This document shows positions 24,880 to 34,752 of a stretch of 64,000 nucleotides of DNA, piece after piece. Position 1 is the first letter of the stretch. The number at the start of each line of letters is the position of its first letter. The stretch is from Escherichia phage FV3. The position numbers were made by a program, and so were the translations under genes. The notes under the pieces were generated by a model. It did no database searches. It was not told where the DNA came from and saw nothing but the letters and a program-made list of their open reading frames with translations. Location of the stretch: the sequence record NC_019517.1; one strand, written 5' to 3'.

Positions 24880-26952
24880 TTATGAGAAGTCTGGCGGGAC
24901 AACATCTTCTACATACCCTTTCAGAGCAACCTGCCCCATATGAAGCACGGTAGAATCTCTGGCGGTAACAGTGATGCTGTCAGACATTACTTGCGGGTAT
25001 GCCCACACATACTGTTTTACCTCAGGGTATCTATACTCTATGGTTGCCATGTTTCCGCAGATACATCTCCATAAAAATTCTTGGTAATTCCTGGTTGGGT
25101 CGTAGCCATATACCGGAGCAAGCTCTTTGCTAGGAACGAACCCTGCAAGGTATTGTATTTCAGACGGTTGCCAACCTAACTTAACGATAGGTATGTTTAC
25201 AGACTCTTTTGCCTTTTCAATACCCCCCTGCATCACCCAATCGTAGCACTCAGTGCAGAAGAAATCAAGAGCACCTGCTTCCTTTTTATATTGGTCAGCA
25301 AGGTTCAGCTTTTGCGTAAGCTCGGTTTCCATAATGGTCGGAAAAAACAGCAAAGCTGTCATCTGAGCCGATGCAGCGTGTGCTTTTATTGCCTTTGAAA
25401 TAGCTGCAATACGAGCTCCAAGCTTACCACGACAAAATGCTACATACTTGTCATAAACACCGCCAGTCTTAGGATCGTCAATAGTCCCAATGTCTAGTGC
25501 ATATTCACCAGTCTCATCATAAAACGCCTGTTTTGTAGGGTAGTCATAAATACAAGGCCTACGAGTATCGGTATTGAACCACCACCACGGTTCACCAATC
25601 TGCATAATTACTGGCAGGTTGTTTCTCATAGCGGCTGATGCAAAATTCTTAAATACTGCAGTAAGGAAATTCATACCCTCTTCAATGGTCGGAGACAAGA
25701 GGTAACTACAAGGCGTATAGCCTGTTTTAGCATAGTTATCGTTCCAATCTCTCTGGGTCCATTCCAACGGACAGGCATCGCTATAAAGCTCAAAGCTTAC
25801 AGACTGCATAACGTCGAAGTCGTGTCGCTTGGCATTATACATAAAGTCATCGTGCCATTTATAAGCTGCAGCGTTTAGAGCCCCTGTCCTGTTTATAGAC
25901 CATTGGGTTCCGGACCATGTGTAATCATAATAATGGCTCATACCAACATAATGGTTTATGGTTCCGGTATAGCCTAGACGCTTGATATTGCTCAACACCC
26001 TTAAAGGAGATACGTTCCACATATCGTCATATGCTGTGCAGATCCCAACGTCGTGCTCTTTCACCTGGATATTGTTAAGTTGCATCATCTTCCAGCCTGT
26101 GTCCGGCTGAAGCAGATCTAGACGCAACTCGCACTCTACATTTTCCGTTCTTGGGTCTGTGCTATTACTTACCCAATCTTTAGGCATGAGTGGTATTAAA
26201 ATCCTTCTCACCTGCCGAGGATCAACACCCATCATGTTGTTGTTCTGGTCCATCCCGACGCAGTCCTCGAAATCAATATGAATTTCTGCAACATTCTTAT
26301 CCTCTGAGATGCTGACAGCATATTGAGCTAAAGGAACATAGATGATTGTGCCGTCAACAAGGTCTACAGTCATAATCATCTTTTCAGGGGTGGAGAAGTT
26401 GCTGGCATTGGTTATTGACATTCTGAACCAAAGCTTGGTGTTTCTCATCTCGTAGTGATCATCAAATCCAATGCCGAAATGGTCATATTTGTCAACTGTT
26501 TCCCAAATGCACCCAGCCATGCCTCCATATGTTCTTGACACTAAACGGTTAATACAGCAGTTATTATCCGCAACAATACAGGTGCTTTCAGTCTGCTGTG
26601 TGGTTGTAACCCAATATCTTGGGTGAAACATTCTCTCCTCAACGGTATCCCAAGATATTCTGTCAAGATTCTCATCTGAAACTATTGTACATTTCGCTCT
26701 TTGTGTTCCAATCATAACCCCTTGGGAGTTTGATGAAAACTCCATAAAGAAGCTTCTTGGCAACCTGTTTGGCAATTTGTCAACAATTTCTACAGGAATC
26801 TCAATACTGGTTGCCCCAACCGGGATAGTTACATCGCCCTCAACATGATCATAATCCCTACCTGGAACGGCAGTATCTTGAACTGTGCGGTAATGAAACC
26901 GTGCAGCCATTGTAGAGTAATCACGGTAAGGTTTAAAAACAGCTGTTGCCAT
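24880..26952 (-). CDS. Large tail-associated protein (690 aa), possible enzymatic (depolymerase-like) domain
   Basis: N-terminal Calx-beta/Ig-like segment (GDVTIPVGATSIEIPVEIVD); Trp/Tyr-rich C-terminal region; immediately upstream of fibre paralog A. Confidence 0.4.
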   Translation of the reverse strand: MATAVFKPYRDYSTMAARFHYRTVQDTAVPGRDYDHVEGDVTIPVGATSIEIPVEIVDKLPNRLPRSFFMEFSSNSQGVMIGTQRAKCTIVSDENLDRISWDTVEERMFHPRYWVTTTQQTESTCIVADNNCCINRLVSRTYGGMAGCIWETVDKYDHFGIGFDDHYEMRNTKLWFRMSITNASNFSTPEKMIMTVDLVDGTIIYVPLAQYAVSISEDKNVAEIHIDFEDCVGMDQNNNMMGVDPRQVRRILIPLMPKDWVSNSTDPRTENVECELRLDLLQPDTGWKMMQLNNIQVKEHDVGICTAYDDMWNVSPLRVLSNIKRLGYTGTINHYVGMSHYYDYTWSGTQWSINRTGALNAAAYKWHDDFMYNAKRHDFDVMQSVSFELYSDACPLEWTQRDWNDNYAKTGYTPCSYLLSPTIEEGMNFLTAVFKNFASAAMRNNLPVIMQIGEPWWWFNTDTRRPCIYDYPTKQAFYDETGEYALDIGTIDDPKTGGVYDKYVAFCRGKLGARIAAISKAIKAHAASAQMTALLFFPTIMETELTQKLNLADQYKKEAGALDFFCTECYDWVMQGGIEKAKESVNIPIVKLGWQPSEIQYLAGFVPSKELAPVYGYDPTRNYQEFLWRCICGNMATIEYRYPEVKQYVWAYPQVMSDSITVTARDSTVLHMGQVALKGYVEDVVPPDFS

Positions 26953-27638
26953 TAACCCTCCTGTCTAGTTGCGTTCACTGTAATACTTTCACAATAAATA
27001 GTTGTGGTGTCCCAATCAGGTCTTACGTCAGGAACATATAGCAAAGTAGCCAACCCGCCAACACCGAACTGGTTTTCTTCCCACACCGACCCGAAGCCGA
27101 GAGCTGTAGAGTCTCCTTCAAAACCAAAAGCTTGCCCTTGCGACTCTGTAAGGCGCAAATGGCAAGGTAATGGCAGCATATCTAAGATCTGGTCGATAGA
27201 CTGCAGTATGTCAAAGCAGGTTTTTCTAATGTTTATGTCAAACCTGAAGTTGTCTCCTTTCCACGTATCGAAATTGTCTCTTCCGAACAATTGTCGCAAG
27301 GTGGAGATGACATCTTCACGAGTCCCACCCCTTGATGCTGCTGCTTGCTGAATAACCAGAGTAGCACGAAAATCAGCATCTGAAAGCCCATTCCGAAGAA
27401 TACCGAGTTGATTACCAACTTCGTCAAGGTATCTTCCGCTGGCATTGTTAAGCAGTCTTCCTTCAGCCAAACCTACCAGCATCTTATCAACATTCTCCAA
27501 CCTTTTAAGGTACACAGTTAAGAATGTGACTAAATTAACCTTCTCAGCCAGAAAATCTCCAGGCAGGTAGTCAAGACCTCCCTGAACAAAATCTGGCAGA
27601 GTGTGGATGTGGTTGACATCCGACTTAATCTCTGCCAT
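26952..27638 (-). CDS. Putative baseplate/tail protein (228 aa; gpI-like by position)
   Basis: Synteny downstream of the J-like gene; no strong motif. Confidence 0.35.
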   Translation of the reverse strand: MAEIKSDVNHIHTLPDFVQGGLDYLPGDFLAEKVNLVTFLTVYLKRLENVDKMLVGLAEGRLLNNASGRYLDEVGNQLGILRNGLSDADFRATLVIQQAAASRGGTREDVISTLRQLFGRDNFDTWKGDNFRFDINIRKTCFDILQSIDQILDMLPLPCHLRLTESQGQAFGFEGDSTALGFGSVWEENQFGVGGLATLLYVPDVRPDWDTTTIYCESITVNATRQEG

Positions 27639-27649
27639 ATCTCACCGCC

Positions 27650-29140
27650 TTAAATAGTTTGTTGGAAAGTTATATTACTTTCGTCGAGGTCAAACACCTC
27701 GGTCATGTTTGCAACAATATCGTTTGTAGTGTAAGCTTCATCAGAGGCTCCCACAGGTTTAACTTGAATTACCAGTCTGTTAAATCTGCCTATTGACACA
27801 GCAGCTGATGCAGCACCTACCAATTGGATGTTGTACAGCGTATCGGCAACATCCAGGCCGTTAACAACCTGCAAAAGAGCCTCTGTAATGGCATCTTTTT
27901 CGGTAGTAGAAAGCGCAGCACCTGAGTAGGTAATTCTCATATCCAGGCGGTAAGTGTTTGCCTTAGAATAATAAATCCTTTCAGTCTGACCGTCTGATGT
28001 GGTAATATCGTAGAAGATATTCCCATAAGTTCTGTTTGTGCAAGCTATGGTTTGATACAGCGCCTGGCAGATATCCTCTGTTGCACCACCAAACACCACC
28101 ACTTGAAACTTATAAGGTGGTATGCCTTTCGCATCCGTTTTATCGGTGTTGTTAGAGAACACTCTTACTTTCTCAACACCTTTCACCTCGCTTACAGCGC
28201 TAAGGATTGCAGGACGGGTAGCTTTAGATGCTAACTGTTTAGTGCTGGAAGCTCTTAAGCGATACTCTGAGTCCTTCTCAACATCCCTGCCCTCATTGAA
28301 TCTTTCTCTGTTGGTAAGCTTGATAAATCCGCTGGGAGTAGGCGACATTGTTGTCACGGTTTCTGCCTCTCTTGACAGCTCACCAGCCTCGTTAGCTATA
28401 ACATCTAAGGTGATAGTTCTTTCACCTACAATCGGAGATACTCTGAAATCTACTCTGCTATTAAGACCAACTTGATCAAGATTCGAATTGTATCCTATCC
28501 ACAACGTTCCTGTCAACATATCTATCTGAATTAGATCGTCGTTCAACAAGGTTGTATTATCGACAATGAATTGCTTAATCTCGCCGTAAAAGCTTGGCAA
28601 ATCAGAAGAGTCCAGAGACTTATCGGTTAGAACCAGACTTTTTGTTTTGATACTTCCATCCGTCTGGTTGGTAATTTGAAAGTTGTATTTACCGATTCTT
28701 AGATCTGGAGCGTTTATTCTGTGAGCAATAAGATTTCCCGCCACCTGCACGTCGCTGCTAAGAACAAAGTTGCCACTATCCAGCGTGTAGGTTTTGGAAT
28801 CATAAATCATATTGTACGGCACAGTTGTGTTAATTGTCAACTGGCAAGTACCTGATGATTTAGAACGGCCTCTCCGGTAAATACCTTGCCTTCCAAGAAG
28901 TTCATCAAGGTAAATACCTTCTGCCCCGTACAGCGTCTGCGATGCGTATACAGATGCTGCCATAAGAATAAGTTGATATTCTCGCTCGTTGAAGATAGTG
29001 GTCAGCTTATCTGCAACTGAGTTACTTTGTACGTTGAAGTTTTCGCCAAAAGCACGGATCAGGCTTTGCTTAGTTTCAACGATTAGGTCATTTAGGGTTG
29101 GTATAACGAAACCAGCCTCTGTCAATCCATACTTAGCCAC
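27650..29140 (-). CDS. Putative baseplate J-like protein (496 aa)
   Basis: Size, position and N-terminal region loosely resembling P2 gpJ. Confidence 0.4.
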   Translation of the reverse strand: MAKYGLTEAGFVIPTLNDLIVETKQSLIRAFGENFNVQSNSVADKLTTIFNEREYQLILMAASVYASQTLYGAEGIYLDELLGRQGIYRRGRSKSSGTCQLTINTTVPYNMIYDSKTYTLDSGNFVLSSDVQVAGNLIAHRINAPDLRIGKYNFQITNQTDGSIKTKSLVLTDKSLDSSDLPSFYGEIKQFIVDNTTLLNDDLIQIDMLTGTLWIGYNSNLDQVGLNSRVDFRVSPIVGERTITLDVIANEAGELSREAETVTTMSPTPSGFIKLTNRERFNEGRDVEKDSEYRLRASSTKQLASKATRPAILSAVSEVKGVEKVRVFSNNTDKTDAKGIPPYKFQVVVFGGATEDICQALYQTIACTNRTYGNIFYDITTSDGQTERIYYSKANTYRLDMRITYSGAALSTTEKDAITEALLQVVNGLDVADTLYNIQLVGAASAAVSIGRFNRLVIQVKPVGASDEAYTTNDIVANMTEVFDLDESNITFQQTI

Positions 29141-29207
29141 GTCACTCCTCCGGTATGAAAATCTCTACAAGGTATTTTACCAAATTTTGTAACAATAGTC
29201 AATCTGA

Positions 29208-29238
29208 GCATAAAAATAAACCCCGCCGAAGCGGGGCT
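29208..29238 (-). terminator. Rho-independent terminator (minus strand), CCCCGC-UUCG-GCGGGG hairpin plus U-tract
   Basis: Same hairpin core as at 2501-2516; followed on the minus strand by TTTATTTTTAT; just downstream of the 1279-aa gene. Confidence 0.55.
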
Positions 29239-29245
29239 TTAAAGG

Positions 29246-32200
29246 TTAGTCGTGAGACTCGTTCCAAGGTCCCTGGAAGCTAGAGTTTGAACGACTAACT
29301 ATTACGGTTGGACAAGATATTGTAACTCCTGTCACGCTTGACGTTGACCATGGTGTGTATATCTCGACGATAATGTCTATGGTTTGTTCACCAAGACCTG
29401 TTATCCCTACCGCACACATGCCGTTGTTGTCGTTTCCGTACTTCTTACCTGCAAGGATTTGATGCCCGGCTATCCAAACGTTAAGCTGGGAGCCAGACAA
29501 GGTTCCGTTCAGTTTAAAGAAGAATGTTACGTTCTTACCTTGTCCTGAAACGTTGTCCACATATCTCCACCTCCAACGGCAAACCCTCTGCTGCGAGTTA
29601 TATACCGGAGGGCAGTCACCATAGGTCCTATGTGCAACGATTGCACCTTCGAACTGGTTAGCACGGATAACGGAAGCTTCTACACGTCCACGGAATGTAC
29701 CTCCTGTTGCATCTATGGTGCCTCTAAAGCTACCATTATTGGCATAAACATCTCCACGGAAGGTACCACTGGTGGCGTTAACTGCCCCTGTGAAGTTACC
29801 TGCACTAGCGTTGATATTACCTTTCACCCACACATCCATAAACTGGGCGTGCCCGTTCTTGTTAATATACCAACCGTATTTGTGGTACCCGTTGCCATCG
29901 TAGTTGTTAGACGAAATTTCTTGTGCAATCTTGGCAGAAGAGATCGTCCCGTTCTCTATAAAGGCATCTTTCAAGAACGCTTGGTTGTTCTTAATTGCGA
30001 AAGCAAGGGTTGCTGTTCCATTCCCAGGGTTGTATACCGCAAAGTTGTTTGCACTAACCATGAAGTATGATTGAACTTGGCCTCCAGAACCTTCCATGCC
30101 CAATTGGATACCTGCCACATACTTATTCCCTGCGGAGTCTACCTGTATTTTTGTGCCCCATTGAGCATTTACTTTGCCCTCTAAGTCGGTCACAGCCTTA
30201 GATGTTGTAGCCACTGCAGCTCTTAGCTCTGATACATCCCCAACATCATCAATGATCTCCTGCTTAGCAACAGCAAGTTCTTGACGAATAGCTGACGCTG
30301 TGCCGTTAATAAGATCCACAGTCGCTTTGTTGGTATCGGAGATTGTAGCGTCCAGTGCTGTTTTTGTGGAGGTCAGCTTACCATCCAAATCCGCAATCGC
30401 CTGTTTGTTGGTAGAAATCTCCCCACGTGCAGAAGTTATCTGCTCCGACAGTGCAGAGGTTTTCTGATTCAACAAATCTGTGGTGGCCTTGTTGGTATTG
30501 GCAATCAAGGTATTGAGATCAGTTTTTGCGGTAGTTATCTTACCATCAAGGGTGGTATAGTTCTTAGATACTGTCGCGTTTGTCTGACTGATCTTTTGAT
30601 CCAGAGTTTCAGAGGTCCTGTTGAGAAGATCCACTGTCGCCTGGTTGGTGCTTAAGATGCTTGCATCAAGTTCCGTTCTCTGGGTATTGATCTTGCCATC
30701 TAGAGTTTTATCTCCGGCAAGGTATCCGCTCTCCACACCACCTATTTGTTCTACCAACTCCCCTTTGGCTGCAACCAATTTCTCGTCCAAAGCCTCTGTC
30801 TTTTTGTTCAGAAGATCAGTGGTTGCTTTATTGGTTGTCTCAATCAGGGATGCCAGTCTTCCACTTTCGGTGTTCAGATCGTTGGTGAACTTGTTCTGTG
30901 CAGCAACAAGTTTCTTATCCAGCGCTGTGATATTGCCATTGACATCCTCAAACTTCTGAGTTGTATCTGTAACTACCGCGCCTATCCTATCCCCAAGTTG
31001 TTGGAATGCCTCATCTACCCTTCCGTCCATGTACTTGTTAAGTTCTGTGACACGATTTTCAACATCTTCAATAGAGGAATCTAAAGTGCTCATCAACTCT
31101 TTATAAGTCTCTGTCTTTTTAAATTCCGCATCTATTTGAGGCATCAAATCTTCAATAGAGGTGTAGCAGCGTGCAGCGCATTCTACAAACTGGGAGCTTC
31201 CAAAAGCGTTTGTGGTTCGAATATACCAATAATAAATCTTATCGTTCTGCAGACCTTCAGATGTCCAAGTTGAACCAACACCCATGCGGGTGGCTTTTGA
31301 AGTGACGGTTGCATCACTTGTGTCAGGCAACCTTGTCATACCAGATGTCCAAAAGTCATACTGGGTGCTTACACTTGCTAAGTCCCTGCTGTGTGGAATC
31401 AGGGTGATAGCAAAGTACCCCTGCTTAACTTCTACAGAAACCGGAGCTTCAGGTGCCTGAATGTTAAACTCGCAGTACGCTTCTGGAGATACACCACCTT
31501 TATAAGATGTTGCAACCACGGTTGCTGTGTATGACCCTTTGGTCAATCCCTCTACGCGGACAAACTGCTCGACTGTTTGTGCTGTCCAAATAATCTCTCC
31601 GTTCTTTCTTACCTGCACAATGTTTTGAGCATAAGTCCCAACGTTGTCCCAAGCCAAAACACCGTGAGTTACTTCCCCAGCTTGAAGAACAGAGTATCTA
31701 AAGTTTTGCGGTTGAGCTACACCGGATGGAGATACCGGGATATCTACATCCCCAGAGTCTGGAAGTTGCCCTGTGGCATCATTCCACTCTTTAGCATCTT
31801 GACGGAGTTTTACCTTGACACCACCCTTTTTGGTGAACTCCCATTCAAGAACCCTCATCTCTTGACCCACTATACCAATACTTGGAAGGTCCATCGTAAC
31901 GTAACGCCCAGGCTTAAATTTAAAACCACGCATATTGCAGGTTACTTCAATAATCCTGCCAGCTCTGGCACGTCTTAAGAATATTGCGGAAACACGCTGA
32001 GCCTGATAAGGACTGGTAACAAAGCGATAATCTATATCAATTATCTTTCTTTCTCCGTCCTTCTCCACCCACTCAGGCACGAACACTGATGGGAAGTCTG
32101 TTTCAGAATACCCTTTGGTTGGACTAGTGAATCTACCAGTTATTGTGTTCGATCTTTTGTCGAAGGAGGCTTCCGGATAGATCTTAACCTCACCGCAAAC

Positions 32201-33085
32201 ACAGTCCTCACTCAGTGTCATTGTTGCTGGGCCATAGTATGCACCTACCAGCAGACCATACTTACCAGCTACATAGCTAAGATCTGCACCACAAGCTTTC
32301 AGCATTTCTGCCATAATACTTGCTGGTGCTTCATCCGTGTCGAACTCACCATTAATGGTGTAACGACTCTCACTGGTTCCGTCTGCGTTTCTTACAGCCT
32401 CGTCGCATATGTTGGCAGCCTCCTTGAAGGACTCCCAGTTGATGGTTTCGTCAGGACATTTAAGGTATGTTCTTAAATAGTCCAGAATCACCAAGGCAGC
32501 GTTATTGGTATACACCTCTTTACTGGTGCGAGGATCATAGCATTTTTTACCAACCTTGATGAGTGTAACGTTTGGCAACCCAAAAGGGAACTTGTTAGGG
32601 TCAAACCTGAAGCTAACACGCAGCCAGCTGATCCCTCTACCTATCATGTCCGGTGACCACGATGGGCAGTGTGTACCCATGAAAGGATCAGAGGTTTTTC
32701 TGTCGTTATGTAGCTCCCACGATACCAAATCCCCATACGAGGAAATAGGATTACCGTCGATAAGTATATCTTCTATACCTTCCAGAGAGTGATTGGCAAG
32801 AACAATAGCACAATGAAGGGTTCTGTCTCTATCCTGCTCCAAAAACGCAAGCAATCCAGATGTGCGTGTCTTACCATACACTACAGAACAAGGTGCAGCA
32901 GAAGATCTAAGAAGCTTTTGCCTATCTTGCTGACTTCTGTAAGATTTGTTACCCTCGAAAATCTTATCCAGAGTTCTGGTGGTAACAGTGTTCAGGCTGT
33001 CAGCCAGAGCTGCCTTGGATGCGTTCCAGTCATAGCTTGAAGATCTTGCAGAAGCAACGATGTTATCAATCATTGCAATTGGCAT
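29246..33085 (-). CDS. Large tail fibre protein (1279 aa) with internal coiled-coil repeats and C-terminal beta-helix-like repeats
   Basis: Four degenerate TNKATTDLLN repeats; C-terminal G-x-F-(R/T)-G repeats. Confidence 0.5.
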   Translation of the reverse strand: MPIAMIDNIVASARSSSYDWNASKAALADSLNTVTTRTLDKIFEGNKSYRSQQDRQKLLRSSAAPCSVVYGKTRTSGLLAFLEQDRDRTLHCAIVLANHSLEGIEDILIDGNPISSYGDLVSWELHNDRKTSDPFMGTHCPSWSPDMIGRGISWLRVSFRFDPNKFPFGLPNVTLIKVGKKCYDPRTSKEVYTNNAALVILDYLRTYLKCPDETINWESFKEAANICDEAVRNADGTSESRYTINGEFDTDEAPASIMAEMLKACGADLSYVAGKYGLLVGAYYGPATMTLSEDCVCGEVKIYPEASFDKRSNTITGRFTSPTKGYSETDFPSVFVPEWVEKDGERKIIDIDYRFVTSPYQAQRVSAIFLRRARAGRIIEVTCNMRGFKFKPGRYVTMDLPSIGIVGQEMRVLEWEFTKKGGVKVKLRQDAKEWNDATGQLPDSGDVDIPVSPSGVAQPQNFRYSVLQAGEVTHGVLAWDNVGTYAQNIVQVRKNGEIIWTAQTVEQFVRVEGLTKGSYTATVVATSYKGGVSPEAYCEFNIQAPEAPVSVEVKQGYFAITLIPHSRDLASVSTQYDFWTSGMTRLPDTSDATVTSKATRMGVGSTWTSEGLQNDKIYYWYIRTTNAFGSSQFVECAARCYTSIEDLMPQIDAEFKKTETYKELMSTLDSSIEDVENRVTELNKYMDGRVDEAFQQLGDRIGAVVTDTTQKFEDVNGNITALDKKLVAAQNKFTNDLNTESGRLASLIETTNKATTDLLNKKTEALDEKLVAAKGELVEQIGGVESGYLAGDKTLDGKINTQRTELDASILSTNQATVDLLNRTSETLDQKISQTNATVSKNYTTLDGKITTAKTDLNTLIANTNKATTDLLNQKTSALSEQITSARGEISTNKQAIADLDGKLTSTKTALDATISDTNKATVDLINGTASAIRQELAVAKQEIIDDVGDVSELRAAVATTSKAVTDLEGKVNAQWGTKIQVDSAGNKYVAGIQLGMEGSGGQVQSYFMVSANNFAVYNPGNGTATLAFAIKNNQAFLKDAFIENGTISSAKIAQEISSNNYDGNGYHKYGWYINKNGHAQFMDVWVKGNINASAGNFTGAVNATSGTFRGDVYANNGSFRGTIDATGGTFRGRVEASVIRANQFEGAIVAHRTYGDCPPVYNSQQRVCRWRWRYVDNVSGQGKNVTFFFKLNGTLSGSQLNVWIAGHQILAGKKYGNDNNGMCAVGITGLGEQTIDIIVEIYTPWSTSSVTGVTISCPTVIVSRSNSSFQGPWNESHD
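30300..30860 (-). repeat. Four degenerate tandem DNA repeats (135-185 nt spacing) inside the 1279-aa fibre gene
   Basis: Core GATC(C/A)AC(A/T)GT(C/T)GC(C/T)T(T/G)(G/A)TTGGT recurs at about 30313, 30494, 30628 and 30814 on the plus strand, encoding TNKATTDLLN-type segments. Confidence 0.5.
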
Positions 33086-33522
33086 TAATACCTCCAGACA
33101 TCAACAACGATAGAATCTTTCATATCGAACGTAAAGATCCCTTTATCACCTTTCGCCCAAATCTGGTTGTTCCAGAACACACCAGCGGTGAGGCCGTTCA
33201 GACCTTCGAAAATAACAATATCACCACGCTGAACCTGTTTAGGAGTATCCAGTCGAGTCAAAAAGAGATCAAAAACAGTAGGCAGGTGTGTGGTTTTGAA
33301 ACGGAGCATGCACCATCTCTTGCTTTCCAACTCTGTTTTATACGTTCCTTCAAAGTTAGAAAGAAAATCTGTCCCGTATTGGGCATCAACACACTTAGCC
33401 GCAAAAGTGCAACAATCGTGGAATCCCCATTCAAACGGGACGGTGGCTTCTTCGTCAAATACTTTCCACAATTTTTCTTGCCAGTCTACTAAACGAGGGT
33501 GTGTGCTCATTAAACCTCCCAA
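33085..33522 (-). CDS. Hypothetical tail/baseplate-associated protein (145 aa)
   Basis: ORF in structural operon; overlapping junctions. Confidence 0.4.
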   Translation of the reverse strand: MGGLMSTHPRLVDWQEKLWKVFDEEATVPFEWGFHDCCTFAAKCVDAQYGTDFLSNFEGTYKTELESKRWCMLRFKTTHLPTVFDLFLTRLDTPKQVQRGDIVIFEGLNGLTAGVFWNNQIWAKGDKGIFTFDMKDSIVVDVWRY

Positions 33523-34076
33523 ATGATCGGGCGGCTCGCCACCTGATCCACATATTTAAAAAATCTGTCATTATCGTTTCTTGAGCTATGGCTTTCCTCT
33601 GTGTATCGGTAAGGAAAACCTCTTAACCAGCTGTTGAAGATGGAAGAGATGGATATGGACAAAGCACTATTCTCCCCTGTCTGAATAGCCATGTCCGTTA
33701 TAAGGCCGTCAAACAAGCCATTAGTTGTAACAGGCAAACCATTCTCCATAGCGGTGATATACAACGTGGCACGGCAACCAGAATACTCAGTCTTCAGAAG
33801 ATCACCTACATACTTGGGATCAAACCCGTTCAATGTTGCTACCACAGATCCGAAGTTGGTGGCATCTTTCTCAGACACAGCAGTCAATGTTGCTGATCCA
33901 CCTATCCCTATGAAATGTTGACCCTCAATCACTACAACACCAGTTCCTGAGCACACCCTGACAGTACCTGTTGGCAGCTCTAGCTTTGCAGCAATTAAGA
34001 TCTCAACACCATCAAGCTCTAGCTTTTCAAGAAATAAATTATCTAATGGCGCTCTTATCATCTTAGAAATCCTCAA
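33510..34076 (-). CDS. Hypothetical tail/baseplate-associated protein (188 aa)
   Basis: ORF in structural operon. Confidence 0.4.
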   Translation of the reverse strand: MRISKMIRAPLDNLFLEKLELDGVEILIAAKLELPTGTVRVCSGTGVVVIEGQHFIGIGGSATLTAVSEKDATNFGSVVATLNGFDPKYVGDLLKTEYSGCRATLYITAMENGLPVTTNGLFDGLITDMAIQTGENSALSISISSIFNSWLRGFPYRYTEESHSSRNDNDRFFKYVDQVASRPIIWEV

Positions 34077-34653
34077 AGAAGTTGATAACTATATTGTCAC
34101 CTTTCTGCATAGCATCAACCTTTTGCTTAATTTTATAAAGATCTCTGATATGAAATCTACCCTTCGGAGATTGAGTTATTATCTTCATGGTATCCCCTGC
34201 GGCAATAGGTTTCCTAAGTCTTGGAGATATGTTTATAACAGCAGCCCCAACACCATCGCTTCGTACTGAGGCTGTCACCACTTTCAACTCATCATTGACA
34301 GATATTTTATCCCCAGCTCTGGCTATATCCCTGTTAGGCTCCCAACCAACCGTCTTCAAAAAATCGTCGTTACCAGTCGGTCCGAGAGCGATTGGCTCGT
34401 TGGAGGTAACTGAATGCCCATAAGCCTTGATAAGAAAAATGTTCCCATCTTTGTAAACCTGATCAACAAAGCTTTTGAGCTCCAACAACTGAGACTCGCT
34501 GATATTGGAAACCGTCAAAGTGCCTTTCCAGTTAGGAGTGGCATAGGTGACTTTTTGCGTCTTACCTGTAAACGGGCTTTTAAATGTAACGATGTCTGCC
34601 AGTAACTCCAATCTAATATCTGGGAGGTATCTAGGCCTTTCCCATAAAAACAT
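34063..34653 (-). CDS. Hypothetical tail/baseplate-associated protein (196 aa)
   Basis: ORF in structural operon. Confidence 0.4.
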   Translation of the reverse strand: MFLWERPRYLPDIRLELLADIVTFKSPFTGKTQKVTYATPNWKGTLTVSNISESQLLELKSFVDQVYKDGNIFLIKAYGHSVTSNEPIALGPTGNDDFLKTVGWEPNRDIARAGDKISVNDELKVVTASVRSDGVGAAVINISPRLRKPIAAGDTMKIITQSPKGRFHIRDLYKIKQKVDAMQKGDNIVINFFEDF

Positions 34654-34711
34654 TGTGCCTCCAGGTTAAACAAATATGATAGTTATTTTACCAGATTTTA
34701 AGTTAATACGC

Positions 34712-34746
34712 AATACAAACAAAAAGCCCCCGCCGAAGCGAGGGCA
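34712..34746 (-). terminator. Rho-independent terminator (minus strand), GCCCUCGC-UUCG-GCGGGGGC hairpin plus U-tract
   Basis: Pairing is complete only on the minus-strand transcript (a U-G wobble where the plus strand has C-A); followed by TTTTTGTTTG. Confidence 0.5.
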
Positions 34747-34752
34747 AAACAG

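Noticed and set aside
29246-33085. 1279-aa protein as a lambda gpJ-like central tail fibre of a siphovirus
   Set aside because: The window contains a sheath, tube and P2 gpV-like spike (contractile tail), and I could not support a gpJ signature from sequence; called a tail fibre with coiled-coil repeats instead.
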